The position numbers were made by a program, and so were the translations under genes. The notes beneath the pieces are model-generated. The model did not search any database and was not told the DNA's origin. It worked only from the letters and a program-made list of their open reading frames with translations. From Flavobacteriaceae bacterium (GTDB taxonomy: Bacteria > Bacteroidota > Bacteroidia > Flavobacteriales > Flavobacteriaceae), in the NCBI GenBank assembly GCA_965224465.1, contig OZ245049.1, forward strand, positions 4,380,001-4,412,000: a stretch of 32,000 nt of DNA. Direction: 5' to 3'. Below are positions 1-7,487 of this stretch, one piece after another (position 1 is the first letter of the stretch; every line of letters begins with the position of its first letter).

Positions 1-10
1 TTTAGTCTAT

Positions 11-70
11 GCTAGGTGTCCGTTATACCAAATATATTCCCAAGTGATGGTTTAGAATTGGTATTATTAC
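11..70 (+). repeat. Interspersed intergenic repeat, 5' module only (partial copy)
   Basis: gctaggtgtccgttataccaaatatattcccaagtgatggtttagaattggtattatt aligns by eye with the 5' halves of the copies at 16381, 18723 and 27526 (shared ctaggt / ataccaa / ccaagtga / ggtttaga blocks). Lies downstream of the PspC gene stop. Confidence 0.6.
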
Positions 71-179
71 ACAAGACTCCATGATAGTTGATTTTTAATA
101 TTTATGTAAAACTGTTCTTATTTGTCTGTTTTTTAAAATGTATAGTACCGAATTGTTGTTTTTTAAGGTTCAATTGTTA

Positions 180-1928
180 CTAGTCAATTGTAATCCCACT
201 AGTATCAATTTTTATTTCGGTACTTTTAGTATTGTTCGTCATTTTTAGTTTTAAACGATTGCTGTTTATCGATAAATTAAAAGTGTCATTTTCAGGGTCA
301 TAATTACGACCGTAATCGTCTTCGTCACAGTCCAAACAATACAAGCCGTCTTCTGTCATTTTATAATTGTGTTTGGCCATATCGTTGTCATTAATATATT
401 GAATGTTTTTGATGTTTCTTATAAATGTGCGTGTATTTGCATTTAAGTAAACACTACTTCCGATGGGTAAATAAACAATTATATGTACGGATTGATCCTT
501 AAATTTATTACTGATAGAAGACAGGAAATAACTATTCAATAGTAAGTTGTTGTCATTTAAATTAAATTCGTATTCAATAGCATCTGCTGAATTATTAGCA
601 ATCAATCTTGATTTAGCCTCCGTGTTTTTTCTAATTTTTATTTTAACATTATTACTGTCGCTTTGTCTAATATCCAGTCGTATTCGGCTCGATAGTAGAT
701 TTTTAGTATCTCCGTCATATACAGTCTCATAATCATTTCGGTAATGTATACTACTTCTATTACTCAGTTCTTCGTTGTTAATCATCTTTATTTTTAAAGG
801 AGCATTATTGACTAGTAATAAATTTTCCTTTATAGTGGATACTCCTACGTGCGCATGTCTAGCAGCAAATTCAATTCCAGAAAATGACAAGCCTAAAATG
901 GCTATAATCCATATTCCTAATAAAGAAAGCTTTGTGGTTAGCCCCAACGATTTTACATTGTTAGATAAGATACGTAATCCTATAATAAATAATATGATGA
1001 AAGGGATTCCAATTGCTAAAAAGAAAAAGAGTCCTAGTAGCCAAAATGGAATTATTGAATCATAAATAAATGGAGGGAATTTGATCATGTCGTTTCCAAA
1101 TCCTAAAATCTCAAAACTCCCCCAAGAAAACAGACCTACTATAAGTCCGATAAGTGTTGCAGCCGATATAAAAATAATCAATGCACCTATTAACTTTCCG
1201 AATATTTTAAAAAGCACTCTAAATAATTTCCCGATTGTTTCTAGGATGTCTTGGATACCAGATTTTGCTTGTTTTTCATATTTATTGTATTCTGTATTCT
1301 TTATTTTTTCTGAAAATGCATTTGCTCCTTCTTTTACATGCTCAGAAATATCAGCAAACTCTTCTCTAATCTTTTTTTCGATGGTGCTGATAGTTACAGC
1401 CTCTCCTTTCATTTGTAATTTTTCTGCTGTGGTTTCTGCGACAGGTAATAATATCCATAAAAACGGATATAATAATAAGGTCATTCCGCTAGTTAAAGGG
1501 GTTAAAATAATCCATATAATACGCATCCAGAAAGTATCCATACCCACATAATGTGCCAATCCAGAACTTACACCTCCTAAAAATTTATCGTCTCTGTCTC
1601 TAAATAGTTTTTTATTAGAACTGCGTTTACGAGTTCTTGGTTGATCTTCAAAAATGTCTTCATCAATGGCATAATCTTCTGGTTGTCCCATTACTTTTGT
1701 GACTTCCTCTATGTCAGTTTCATTAATTACTTGGCGTTCGTTTTTAACACGTTCTGTTAATAACTCCGCAATACGAGCCTCAATATCCGCTATGATTTCA
1801 TCCTTTCCCTGTGGGTCATCACTCAGAGAGCGACGAATGGAATCTAGGTATGTTTTTAGTTTTTGATAAGCATTTTCATCAATATGAAAAAAGATACTGC
1901 CCAAATTTATATTAATTGTTTTGTTCAT
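180..1928 (-). CDS. PspC domain-containing membrane protein
   Basis: 582-aa ORF. PspC-type segment KLFRDRDDKFLGGVSSGLAHYVGMDTFWMRIIWIIL followed by several hydrophobic helices. Overlaps the upstream PadR gene by 17 nt, the PadR-PspC pairing typical of Bacteroidota. Confidence 0.85.
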   Translation of the reverse strand: MNKTININLGSIFFHIDENAYQKLKTYLDSIRRSLSDDPQGKDEIIADIEARIAELLTERVKNERQVINETDIEEVTKVMGQPEDYAIDEDIFEDQPRTRKRSSNKKLFRDRDDKFLGGVSSGLAHYVGMDTFWMRIIWIILTPLTSGMTLLLYPFLWILLPVAETTAEKLQMKGEAVTISTIEKKIREEFADISEHVKEGANAFSEKIKNTEYNKYEKQAKSGIQDILETIGKLFRVLFKIFGKLIGALIIFISAATLIGLIVGLFSWGSFEILGFGNDMIKFPPFIYDSIIPFWLLGLFFFLAIGIPFIILFIIGLRILSNNVKSLGLTTKLSLLGIWIIAILGLSFSGIEFAARHAHVGVSTIKENLLLVNNAPLKIKMINNEELSNRSSIHYRNDYETVYDGDTKNLLSSRIRLDIRQSDSNNVKIKIRKNTEAKSRLIANNSADAIEYEFNLNDNNLLLNSYFLSSISNKFKDQSVHIIVYLPIGSSVYLNANTRTFIRNIKNIQYINDNDMAKHNYKMTEDGLYCLDCDEDDYGRNYDPENDTFNLSINSNRLKLKMTNNTKSTEIKIDTSGITID

Positions 1929-2265
1929 TGTTTGAAGGTTTTGTGGAGATTACTTCGTTTACAGAAGTTACTAGATTACTCCATGTATTGTTTAATTCGG
2001 TTAAAAATAAAATACCATCTTTTGTAAGTGCATAGTATTTTCTTGGGGGGCCTGAGGTGGATTCTTCCCATCGATAACTTAGGAGTCCTGCGTTTTTAAG
2101 ACGGGTAAGTAGGGGGTATATTGTTCCCTCCACAACCAGTAATTTAGCGTCCTTTAAATGTGATAGGATTTCTGAAGTATAGGCATCTCCGTGTTGTAAT
2201 ATGGATAAGATGCAATACTCTAAAACCCCTTTACGCATTTGTGCTTTTGTGTTTTCTATTTTCAT
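1912..2265 (-). CDS. PadR family transcriptional regulator
   Basis: 117 aa. Winged-helix PadR signature MRKGVLEYCILSIL...YTSEIL...VVEGTIYPLLTRLKNAGLLSYRWEES...PRKYYALTKDG. Confidence 0.9.
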   Translation of the reverse strand: MKIENTKAQMRKGVLEYCILSILQHGDAYTSEILSHLKDAKLLVVEGTIYPLLTRLKNAGLLSYRWEESTSGPPRKYYALTKDGILFLTELNNTWSNLVTSVNEVISTKPSNNEQNN

Positions 2266-2291
2266 CGGTAAATGATTTTAGTGCCCGTTGT

Positions 2292-2663
2292 TTATTTGAT
2301 AAAATCAATTGTAAAAGGGTATTTATAGGATTCGCCATTATTTGCGGATATGCTAGCTGTAATAATGACGATAATTTTTAAAATAAGATATGGAATATAC
2401 AAGATGATTACTGCTATGAGCCCTAATCCTAACGAAAAAATGGTGATAGGGACAATAAAAATAGCCAATAAAAAACCATATAAAACTAGACTTAATTGGA
2501 AATTTACTGCTGATTTTCCATGGGAGTCTGTAAAAGAACTTTCATGTCTTTTGAGCATCCACATTATTAAGGGGGCAATAATGTTTCCGAAAGGGAAAAA
2601 GTAACCTGCGAAACCTGATAAATGCGTGAATATACTGTAGTTTTTATCGTTTTTAGTAATCAT
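2292..2663 (-). CDS. DUF4870-like small membrane protein
   Basis: 123 aa. THLSGFAGYFFPFGNIIAPLIMWMLKRHESSFTDSHGKSAVNFQLSLVLY matches the DUF4870 pattern as I recall it. Lies 26 nt upstream of padR on the same strand, so probably the first gene of the operon. Confidence 0.7.
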   Translation of the reverse strand: MITKNDKNYSIFTHLSGFAGYFFPFGNIIAPLIMWMLKRHESSFTDSHGKSAVNFQLSLVLYGFLLAIFIVPITIFSLGLGLIAVIILYIPYLILKIIVIITASISANNGESYKYPFTIDFIK

Positions 2664-2709
2664 AGTTAGTTGTCTTTAGTATTGTCTATTGCAAATATAT
2701 GGATAAAAA

Positions 2710-2734
2710 CTAGTATTATGCAAAGCATAGTACT
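2710..2734. promoter_or_regulatory. Imperfect palindrome, candidate operator in the divergent promoter region
   Basis: agtattatgc-aaa-gcatagtact (2712-2721 / 2725-2734), 9 of 10 arm positions complementary. A related half-site tagtattgtctattgca lies at about 2678-2695. Sits about 50-70 nt upstream of the DUF4870-PadR-PspC operon start. Confidence 0.35.
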
Positions 2735-2758
2735 AAAGTTTAACAAAGTTTAACATTT

Positions 2759-2766
2759 TAAGTTTG
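2759..2766 (+). promoter_or_regulatory. Candidate Bacteroidota -7 promoter box (TAnnTTTG)
   Basis: TAAGTTTG matches the TAnnTTTG consensus exactly, 19 nt upstream of the ATG at 2785. A single short motif in AT-rich DNA. Confidence 0.3.
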
Positions 2767-2784
2767 TTTTGTACATTGGATTAA

Positions 2785-3276
2785 ATGCTTATATTGTACG
2801 CTTTAACTAAAATAGTATCTATGAAAGTAACAGCTAGAAAAATGAATTGGTTTTCTATGTTTAAAATGCCAGCGGCTTTTTTTACAGGAGTGCGAATGAA
2901 AGAAATTACAGATACCAGTGCTGTGGTGACTGTGAAATACGGTTGGACAAACCAGAATCCTTTTAATTCTATGTATTTTGCTGTACAGTCCATGGCAGCA
3001 GAACTTACAACAGGGGCTTTGGTGATTCAGAAAATTCACGAAAGCGGTAAGAAAATATCTATGCTGGTGACTAATCACAACGGAAATTTCACGAAGAAAG
3101 CAACGGGGAGAATCACTTTTATTTGTGACAATGGGCAAGAAATTGAAGCGGCTATTAAGCGAACTATTCAAACGGGTGAAGGGCAAACCATTTTGTTAAA
3201 ATCTATAGGTAAAAACGAAGATGGTATTCAGGTTTCTGCCTATGAATTTGAATGGAGTGTGCGTTTGAGACCATAG
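2785..3276 (+). CDS. DUF4442-like hot-dog fold (thioesterase-like) protein
   Basis: 163-aa ORF. FKMPAAFFTGVRMKEITDTSAVVTVKYGWTNQNPFNSMYFAVQSMAAELTTGALV resembles DUF4442 family proteins. An alternative start is the ATG at 2821. Confidence 0.7.
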   Translation: MLILYALTKIVSMKVTARKMNWFSMFKMPAAFFTGVRMKEITDTSAVVTVKYGWTNQNPFNSMYFAVQSMAAELTTGALVIQKIHESGKKISMLVTNHNGNFTKKATGRITFICDNGQEIEAAIKRTIQTGEGQTILLKSIGKNEDGIQVSAYEFEWSVRLRP

Positions 3277-3530
3277 ATGAACCTCTTTGTGGCAATAGAT
3301 TGGACGTATTAAAATTTTTAGGGTTATCATTTTAAGAGGTCAATGTAACGTGCATTGTTGCCTATTGATGAGATACGTCCAAAGAATACTTTAAATAATA
3401 AGATATTGAATTTAATCCCTTATTTGAGGAGGGGGCGCCTGGGGCTTTCACAAAGTAGATACTGTTTTCTGGAAACATGCTCGTGGATTTGGTAGAGCTT
3501 GTTAATTATAGGTGCTGTAAAATCACCTAT

Positions 3531-3725
3531 AATACCTATTACAATCCAAAATGATCGCTATAAATAGGTTGTTTTACGTTCTAGCGTTGTTAAAAAACAG
3601 AGCAAAAAATAATTCTATTTCTAAACCCTCACTTGGAAATGTATTTGGTATTGCTTCACCAAAGCTCTGCCTCGAACTAAAAAATAGTCTTTCGGAAGTA
3701 TACGACGCACCCTTGGGTAGAGGCT
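3531..3725 (-). repeat. Interspersed intergenic repeat, long form (5' extension + 5' module + 3' module)
   Basis: The reverse complement reads agcctctacccaagggtgcg..atacttccgaaag...aataccaaatacatttccaagtgagggtttagaaatagaattatttttt..aacaacgctagaacgtaaaacaacctatttatagcg..ttttggattgtaataggtatt. Collinear with the copy at 13205-13396. Carries an insertion of about 12 nt (cagagcaaaaaa). Confidence 0.8.
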
Positions 3726-3804
3726 GTTGATTTGCTGCGATGCTTGTTTTTTTTGTGAACTTGTATCATTATAAATTTAATGTTTTTATAAACTTAGGTT
3801 GGTA

Positions 3805-4467
3805 TTAGTTCTCTAATGCTGTTAGTTCTGTATGATTTTTGTGTAGTTTTTTAAGTAATCGTCCGTAAATTAATTTGTATATAAACCAAATTACAATGAT
3901 GAATACAGCAACTATAACAATTACAATAAGACTTGATAATAGCCATACTTTTAAAGGCATGTGTGGGTCTTCGATTCCATCTAATAGCATTGCATCGTTA
4001 TATCCTTTAGATATCCCTAATAATAGGGCTATAGTAAAAATTATTGCGGATGCCCCCAAGTTAAATAAAATATAATAGTGAACAACTTTCCTAGTATTGA
4101 TAATTGTATTGATTAGTTGTTTGATGTTTTTTGCAACTGATATTTTTTTGTATTGATAAAAGAATAAGCCGATAAATGCGAGTATCACCACGTAAATAAA
4201 TATAGATATAATTTCGAAATAGTGATAAATCTCCATTTCTTTCATTATTTCAATTCCCTTGTGGTTTCCATCAAAATAGGCTGATAAAATTCCAATTATA
4301 AGCCCCAGTCCTAATTCTATCAAACTGATGATAAAAATCCATTTTACCGTTGTTGAAGATTTAGAATGTATCATTCTATATATTTCGATAGAAGATACTT
4401 TCTCTTTATCGGGGGTAGTTTGTTTGTTCCAGATATTTTTTAATCCGTCTAGTTCCATCATCATCAT
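3805..4467 (-). CDS. Multi-pass membrane protein co-transcribed with the ECF sigma factor (possible anti-sigma/partner)
   Basis: 220 aa with at least 4 hydrophobic helices. Its first ATG shares one nucleotide with the sigma gene stop (TAATG at 4465-4469), suggesting translational coupling. No recognisable zinc-finger anti-sigma motif. Confidence 0.6.
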   Translation of the reverse strand: MMMMELDGLKNIWNKQTTPDKEKVSSIEIYRMIHSKSSTTVKWIFIISLIELGLGLIIGILSAYFDGNHKGIEIMKEMEIYHYFEIISIFIYVVILAFIGLFFYQYKKISVAKNIKQLINTIINTRKVVHYYILFNLGASAIIFTIALLLGISKGYNDAMLLDGIEDPHMPLKVWLLSSLIVIVIVAVFIIVIWFIYKLIYGRLLKKLHKNHTELTALEN

Positions 4468-4955
4468 TAGGGATTTAAAAGTTGTTTTAATTTGTTTTTT
4501 GTTCGGTTTAATTTTACCCGAACATTTCCTTCGCTTGTTCCCAAAGTCTCCGCTATATCTTTATAAGGAGTGTCTTCTAAGTACATAAAAATCAATGCTT
4601 TTTCTATATCGGAAAGCCATCGGATTGCTTTGTATAATTGTTTTAATTGTTCGTCGTCCTCTGGAGCTTCGTCTTTTAATTTAAAATGAATGGTGTCTAA
4701 ATTATTGGTCTTTATTCTACGAGTCGATTTTCTATACAGTGTAATCGCCGTGTTTAGGGCAATGCGATACATCCAAGTACTAAATTTTGAGTCGCCCCTA
4801 AATTTTGGATAGGCCTTCCAAAGTTGTATGGTTACTTCTTGAAATAAATCTTTGTGATCGTGTGAATTTGTAGTGTAAATACGACAAATCTTGTGCACAA
4901 TGTTCTGATTGTTCTCAAGTTCATTCACAAATTTCAATTCTAATTGTTTATCCAC
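4467..4955 (-). CDS. RNA polymerase sigma-70 family (ECF-type) sigma factor
   Basis: 162 aa. Region 2 DLFQEVTIQLWKAYPKFRGDSKFSTWMYRIALNTAI and region 4 HTH YKDIAETLGTSEGNVRVKLNRTKNKL. Confidence 0.9.
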   Translation of the reverse strand: MDKQLELKFVNELENNQNIVHKICRIYTTNSHDHKDLFQEVTIQLWKAYPKFRGDSKFSTWMYRIALNTAITLYRKSTRRIKTNNLDTIHFKLKDEAPEDDEQLKQLYKAIRWLSDIEKALIFMYLEDTPYKDIAETLGTSEGNVRVKLNRTKNKLKQLLNP

Positions 4956-5004
4956 TTGATAGTTTGGTTTTGTTTTATATGTCCACTAAAAGTACAAAAT
5001 GTTA

Positions 5005-5092
5005 CAGAAATAGTTCGTAAAAATTTTAAGAAGACTAGAACTGTGAGATAGGACGTTAAAATTATAAAAATAGTCAGTACCTGGTTGTATCC
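5005..5092 (+). repeat. Possible degenerate copy of the interspersed repeat
   Basis: cagaaatagtt..actagaactgt..gacgttaaaattataaaaatag..ggttgtatcc loosely parallels agaaatagaatt..gctagaacgtaaaacaaactatttatag..ggtgttatcc of the 27.5 kb copy. Similarity is weak. Confidence 0.3.
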
Positions 5093-5197
5093 GATACGAT
5101 GAGATTCCATTTCAAAAATTAGATATATAAGTCAAGAATCTAGAGGCAGTTTAAGACGATGCTTGCCCTGATTCCTAAATCAAAAAAAGTCTTATTT

Positions 5198-5248
5198 AAA
5201 AAAAAAGAGTCGTTTTCAAGATTTTACTACTTGATACAACTCTTTTTT
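5198..5248 (-). terminator. Imperfect hairpin flanked by A and T runs, probable terminator of the DUF4369 gene
   Basis: agagtcgttttcaag (5206-5220) pairs imperfectly with cttgatacaactct (5230-5243). The A-run on the plus strand before the stem becomes a T-run on the minus strand. Confidence 0.45.
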
Positions 5249-5261
5249 AAGGGGATTAAAT

Positions 5262-5963
5262 TTACTTAATTACGTTGGAACTTTTTATAGTATCTATATA
5301 TTTTTGTAATTCTATTCCGTATTTAGATTTTTTTACTTTTTTAGACAAGGATTTATTTATGGTATCTAACAAGCTAACATTGGCATTGTATAGGTCTGTT
5401 AAGGCTAAATAAGGAGCGATTTCATTTTTTGAATGCGTAACTGCAAAATTAACGGTGTATAAGTACTTTCGTTTGAGCAGGCTTTTTTCTTTTTTGCTAA
5501 TTTCTTCTACCATTTCAAGATCTTTGTCACGTTGCGCTTCAAAATTTGCTTTGATCAAATCCAATTGTTTGTCATTGAATTTTTTAATCATCTTATTGTA
5601 TTGTTCCAACAAATTTTGGTTCTTATGCCCTTTTATTTTTGCTGAATATACGAGCTTTTCTAATTTACTATTAATGGTGATTTCTCCTTTATCACCAAAA
5701 AAAGTAATGTGTTCGTTCGATTTTTTATCTAAGGTTAGGTAATATACCTCAGGACTGATAATGTTATCTACAAGGGTAAATTCGCTATTGCCATCTATCA
5801 CTACAGAGTCTACAATTACCAATGCGGCATCTTCTACTTTTTGTAAATAAACAGTTCCTTTTTTAAGCCCTTTAATATTTCCTTTTACAGTCATATTGCC
5901 TTGTTTAGAAGTACAAGAAATTAAAATGATTATGAGTATTGCGAAAGCACTTAATTTTTTCAT
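5262..5963 (-). CDS. DUF4369 domain-containing lipoprotein
   Basis: 233 aa. Lipoprotein signal MKKLSAFAILIIILISC, then VKGNIKGLKKGTVYLQKVEDAALVIVDSVVIDGNSEFTL..PEVYYLTLD, typical of DUF4369 N-terminal domains. No thioredoxin domain follows. Confidence 0.7.
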   Translation of the reverse strand: MKKLSAFAILIIILISCTSKQGNMTVKGNIKGLKKGTVYLQKVEDAALVIVDSVVIDGNSEFTLVDNIISPEVYYLTLDKKSNEHITFFGDKGEITINSKLEKLVYSAKIKGHKNQNLLEQYNKMIKKFNDKQLDLIKANFEAQRDKDLEMVEEISKKEKSLLKRKYLYTVNFAVTHSKNEIAPYLALTDLYNANVSLLDTINKSLSKKVKKSKYGIELQKYIDTIKSSNVIK

Positions 5964-6000
5964 TTGAGTTTGATTATAAATATATAGTTCGTTTTATTGT

Positions 6001-7308
6001 TTATTGAGCTGCAATTTGCATTAAAATAGTACATCCAATGGCAGCTACTGTTCCTACGGCATATCCAAAGACTGCTAATAAGACACCTACCGTGGCTAAG
6101 GAAGGGTGAAATGCAGCCGCTACAATTGGTGCAGAAGCGGCTCCTCCTACGTTTGCTTGGCTTCCTACAGCTAAGAAAAAATAAGGGGCTTTGATTAATT
6201 TGGCTACCAATACCATAAGGGCAGCATGTATTGTCATCCATACAACTCCAATAGCAATTAGCCCTACATTGTCTAATATCATGGTCAAGTCCATTTTCAT
6301 TCCGATGGATGCCACTAAAATATAGATAAATACACTTCCTATTTTACTCGCTCCTGCTCCTTCGTAATTCTTCGCTTTTGTAAAAGAAAGCAAGATAGCT
6401 ATAATGGTAGAAAGGCTAATCATCCAAAAGAATTTAGAACTCAAGAAAGTGAACATGTTTTTGGTAGTTACATTTTTAATGTTATTTACAAAATCATTAA
6501 AAACACCACTTAGGATGTCAGCGCCAAAATGAGCAATACTCACCGTTCCAAATGCAATTGCTAAGATAACCATTAAGTCTGCTAAGCTCGGGTTTCTAGT
6601 TACACTTTCACTAAATTTGGATACTTTTTCTTTTAGAGCTTCGATGGCGGAACTGTCAGCTCCCAACCATTTGTCTATTTTATCTGTTTTTCCAATTCCT
6701 AATAGTACGACTGCCATCCATATATTTGCAACAACAATGTCTACAAATACCATTCCTCCGTAGAGTTTTGGGTTGTATTTATAAATTTCCAACATGGCAG
6801 TTTGGTTCGCGCCTCCTCCGATCCAGCTTCCTGCAAGGGTAGATAATCCACGCCATACAGCATCCGGTCCAATACCTCCTACAGTTTCTGGAGATACCAT
6901 GGAAATTAACAAAATGGCTAAAGGACCTCCTATTATAATCCCAACAGTTCCAGCAAAAAACATTGCCAATGCCTTCCAACCTAAGTCAAAAACTGCTTTT
7001 AAATCGATACTTAAAGTCATTAAAACCAATGCTGCAGGTAATAAAAAACGACTGGTAATATAATAAATATTAGATTTGTGTTCGGTGATTTCACCTACTG
7101 CATTTGTTGTTTCCCATTCAGGAGCTATAATTCCAAAAGTAGTAAATATAGCAGGAATCATATAAGCCATGAAAAGTGCAGGGACAAATTTGTAGAATTT
7201 TTTCCAAAAGAAATTGTTACTAGAAGAGGTATAGAAAACAATACCCAAAGAGAGTATTAATAATCCGAATACCATGGTGTCTTGTGTTAAAAAAGGGACC
7301 TTATCCAT
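6001..7308 (-). CDS. DUF819 family integral membrane protein
   Basis: 435 aa, highly hydrophobic. C-terminal FLAVGSQANVGGAASAPIVAAAFHPSLATVGVLLAVFGYAVGT matches the conserved DUF819 block as I recall it. Confidence 0.8.
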   Translation of the reverse strand: MDKVPFLTQDTMVFGLLILSLGIVFYTSSSNNFFWKKFYKFVPALFMAYMIPAIFTTFGIIAPEWETTNAVGEITEHKSNIYYITSRFLLPAALVLMTLSIDLKAVFDLGWKALAMFFAGTVGIIIGGPLAILLISMVSPETVGGIGPDAVWRGLSTLAGSWIGGGANQTAMLEIYKYNPKLYGGMVFVDIVVANIWMAVVLLGIGKTDKIDKWLGADSSAIEALKEKVSKFSESVTRNPSLADLMVILAIAFGTVSIAHFGADILSGVFNDFVNNIKNVTTKNMFTFLSSKFFWMISLSTIIAILLSFTKAKNYEGAGASKIGSVFIYILVASIGMKMDLTMILDNVGLIAIGVVWMTIHAALMVLVAKLIKAPYFFLAVGSQANVGGAASAPIVAAAFHPSLATVGVLLAVFGYAVGTVAAIGCTILMQIAAQ

Positions 7309-7420
7309 AAGTGAGTTTTGTTTTCGCTAAAATACCAAAATTTATGATTTTACTAAGCAAAAAATGACAATGGTTAACTATATTTGTTCAGGTAAGTTCA
7401 AACACGTTGATATGTCCATT

Positions 7421-7462
7421 TGTATTCCCCAATATATGAAGGGTTTAAATAGGATATATTTT
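7421..7462 (+). repeat. Possible degenerate 5'-module copy of the interspersed repeat
   Basis: tgtattccccaatatatgaagggtttaaataggatatatttt compared with tatttccaagtgaaggtttagaaatagaattatttttt. Lies just upstream of the first S46 gene. Confidence 0.3.
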
Positions 7463-7487
7463 AATTAAAAACATTAAATTAAAACAA

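Noticed and set aside
547-1551. ORFs 547-732, 775-1065 and 1081-1551 on the + strand inside the PspC gene. Similar antisense or overlapping ORFs occur elsewhere: 2160-2381, 2350-2604, 2781-2993, 2803-3186, 3875-4075, 4328-4588, 5455-5742, 5960-6241, 6779-7260, 7445-7627, 7827-8027, 8804-9013, 10078-10758, 12415-12681, 14254-14681, 18075-18269, 19230-19439, 20092-20675, 21025-21255, 22857-23054, 29172-29732, 30035-30262 and 31607-31843.
   Set aside because: All lie inside or antisense to longer ORFs with clear family signatures. Their translations are low-complexity, Leu/Ile/Ser/Phe-rich sequences typical of shadow frames in AT-rich DNA, and none shows a recognisable motif.
7379-7386. TATATTTG, an exact TAnnTTTG match about 100 nt upstream of the first S46 gene. 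Considered as its promoter -7 box.
   Set aside because: Plausible, but it is a single 8-mer in AT-rich DNA with no clear -33 element. Left unannotated as too weakly supported.
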